A DNA stretch of 63,378 nucleotides, filler included, from Reclinomonas americana ATCC 50394 (Eukaryota), in assembly GCA_048213135.1 (NCBI GenBank). It is 14 parts of 14 records of this genome, joined end to end, with 100 filler letters (N's around TTAATTAATTAA, not from the genome) between each part and the next. Parts side by side here need not be neighbours in the genome. Positions count along the whole stretch, not along the records: positions 62,080 to 63,378 come from AFZH01017039.1; 13 more parts are not named here. One strand, given 5' to 3'. Under the pieces are notes generated by a model. That model searched no databases. It saw only the letters and a program-made list of their open reading frames with translations, and was not told where the DNA came from. Each line of letters begins with the position of its first letter. Positions within the stretch are counted from its first letter, which is position 1. Positions 62,106-63,378 of the stretch are shown one piece after another. Both the position numbers and the translations under genes were made by a program.

Positions 62106-63145
62106 CACTCGCCATCTGTCGAGGACCTTCCACTCTCTGTGCGACTGCAGGCACGACTTCGCCAGCAACCATTAGAAGAAGAAGAAGAGGAGGATGTTGT
62201 CGACCTGACAGCTCTTGAACCTTCTCCTCCTCCTCCTCCGCGTCCTCGACTTCCTCCTCTCCGCGACGACGACGACGAGGAAGAAGAGGACGATGAGTGG
62301 TGGCGCAGTTGCATGAGCAAGAGCGCCCAGGACAAGGCCAAGGCCAAGGCCGTGCCCAAGGTCGACATTGACAGCGAGGAGGAGGAGGAGGCTGAGTTGT
62401 ATGTGGACTCGCCAGCAGCAGCAGCAGTGGAGATGTCACAGTCGTCGACAGTGTCGCTGGTGCCTTGTACCACTCTCGATGTCGAGGCCATGCTGCAGGA
62501 GCGCTTCCCCGATGTGTATGGCATGCCAGCGCATCAGGCGCGTGAGCTGCCCAAGCGCCTGCAGTTGAGGCATGCGAGGGTCGAGCGGGAACGGGAGCGG
62601 CTGCTGGCGAAAATGGAAAAGGAAAAGGACAAGTTCTGTGTCGCTCTGGTCTTGGTTGTCGTCACCACTTTCTCATTCGATGTTGTTGTCGGGGGCAACA
62701 GGCAGCAGAGGAAGCTGGTCAGGAACACGGAGCGGTGAGTGTTCTCTCAGTTCCCCTCCCTCTGCAACACGCTGACCCATTGTGTGGCGAAAAAGGCAAA
62801 TCAAGCAGGCCGGCAAGGAGGCCGCCAAGTGCGTGACTCGCTGTGTGGATGAAGCTGTGTTTGTGCGTGCTCTCACGCCAGAGACTCACAGGCAAGCCAA
62901 GGCGGAGGAGCGCTCGCGGCACAAGGAGCGGCAAGGCATCAGTGCGTTTGAGAATCTGCGGGTGTTTCTCGATTGCAGTCTGAAGGTGCGCTTTGCAGCA
63001 ACTCTTTTCATTCTCCTCCGTCGCTCACGTTTTCTCACGCAGGAACTGTGCCACAAATTCGACGAGTGGCTGGTGCAATTCGCTGTCGAGTTGGTGGACT
63101 ACGCCATCAAGAAGTCCCTGGACCGGCGGCAGTATCATCGTACAG
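62106..63145 (+). CDS. Hypothetical protein fragment (acidic/Pro-rich, then coiled coil); partial at both ends
   Basis: Coding-like exon 62106-~62631 (EEEEDVVDLT...ERERERLLAKMEKEKDK) followed by short GT-AG exons (…SAFENLRVFLDCSLK|ELCHKFDEW…). Confidence 0.5.
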
Positions 63146-63378
63146 GTGCGTTTCCTTTGCTTGTCGTCACTTTTCCCTCCTCTCTCTCTCTGTCTCCTCT
63201 CATTCTCTCTCTCCCTCAACTCCTCTCTCTCTCCCCCTCTCATTCTCTCTCCCGCTCTCATTCTCTCTCCCTCTACTTATCTCTTTGTCTCTCTCCCTTT
63301 TTCTCTCGTTCCTTCCCTCTCTTCTCCCTCTCTCCTTTTTCTCTCTCTGTCCTCCCTTCTCCCTCCCTCTCTCTTACG

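Noticed and set aside
62106..63145. EME1/Mms4-like identity for the last gene
   Set aside because: Only a vague layout resemblance (acidic region, coiled coil, LRVFLD). The diagnostic domain would lie outside the window.

Overview
Intron-rich unicellular-eukaryote genomic DNA; the lineage cannot be assigned from sequence alone. It has GT-AG introns, many (CT)n/(GA)n/(GT)n tracts, and 13 artificial 100-nt gap spacers (N44-TTAATTAATTAA-N44) joining contigs that appear to be in scaffold order. The left part (1-22 kb) is housekeeping-like: a coiled-coil protein, a 53BP1/Crb2-like tandem-BRCT protein, a calmodulin-like EF-hand protein, an unknown protein, and a protein disulfide isomerase whose first active site needs a 6-nt microexon. 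The right part (22-60 kb) holds surface and conflict-type genes: a secreted lectin-like/EGF/BNR protein, an AAA-ATPase-like + PD-(D/E)XK nuclease gene, an NmrA-like pseudogene, and a 16-kb Pmp-like beta-helix/multi-TM receptor with a tandem array of frame-compatible two-exon cassettes. It also holds an NLR-like gene with predicted architecture Ubl - HEPN-like RNase (RNKLRH) - NACHT - pentapeptide - 21 near-identical WD40 repeats with hypervariable positions. A conserved GNA-triloop hairpin with compensatory changes forms arrays in introns of two different genes. All gene models and domain calls were made by eye; no searches were run.
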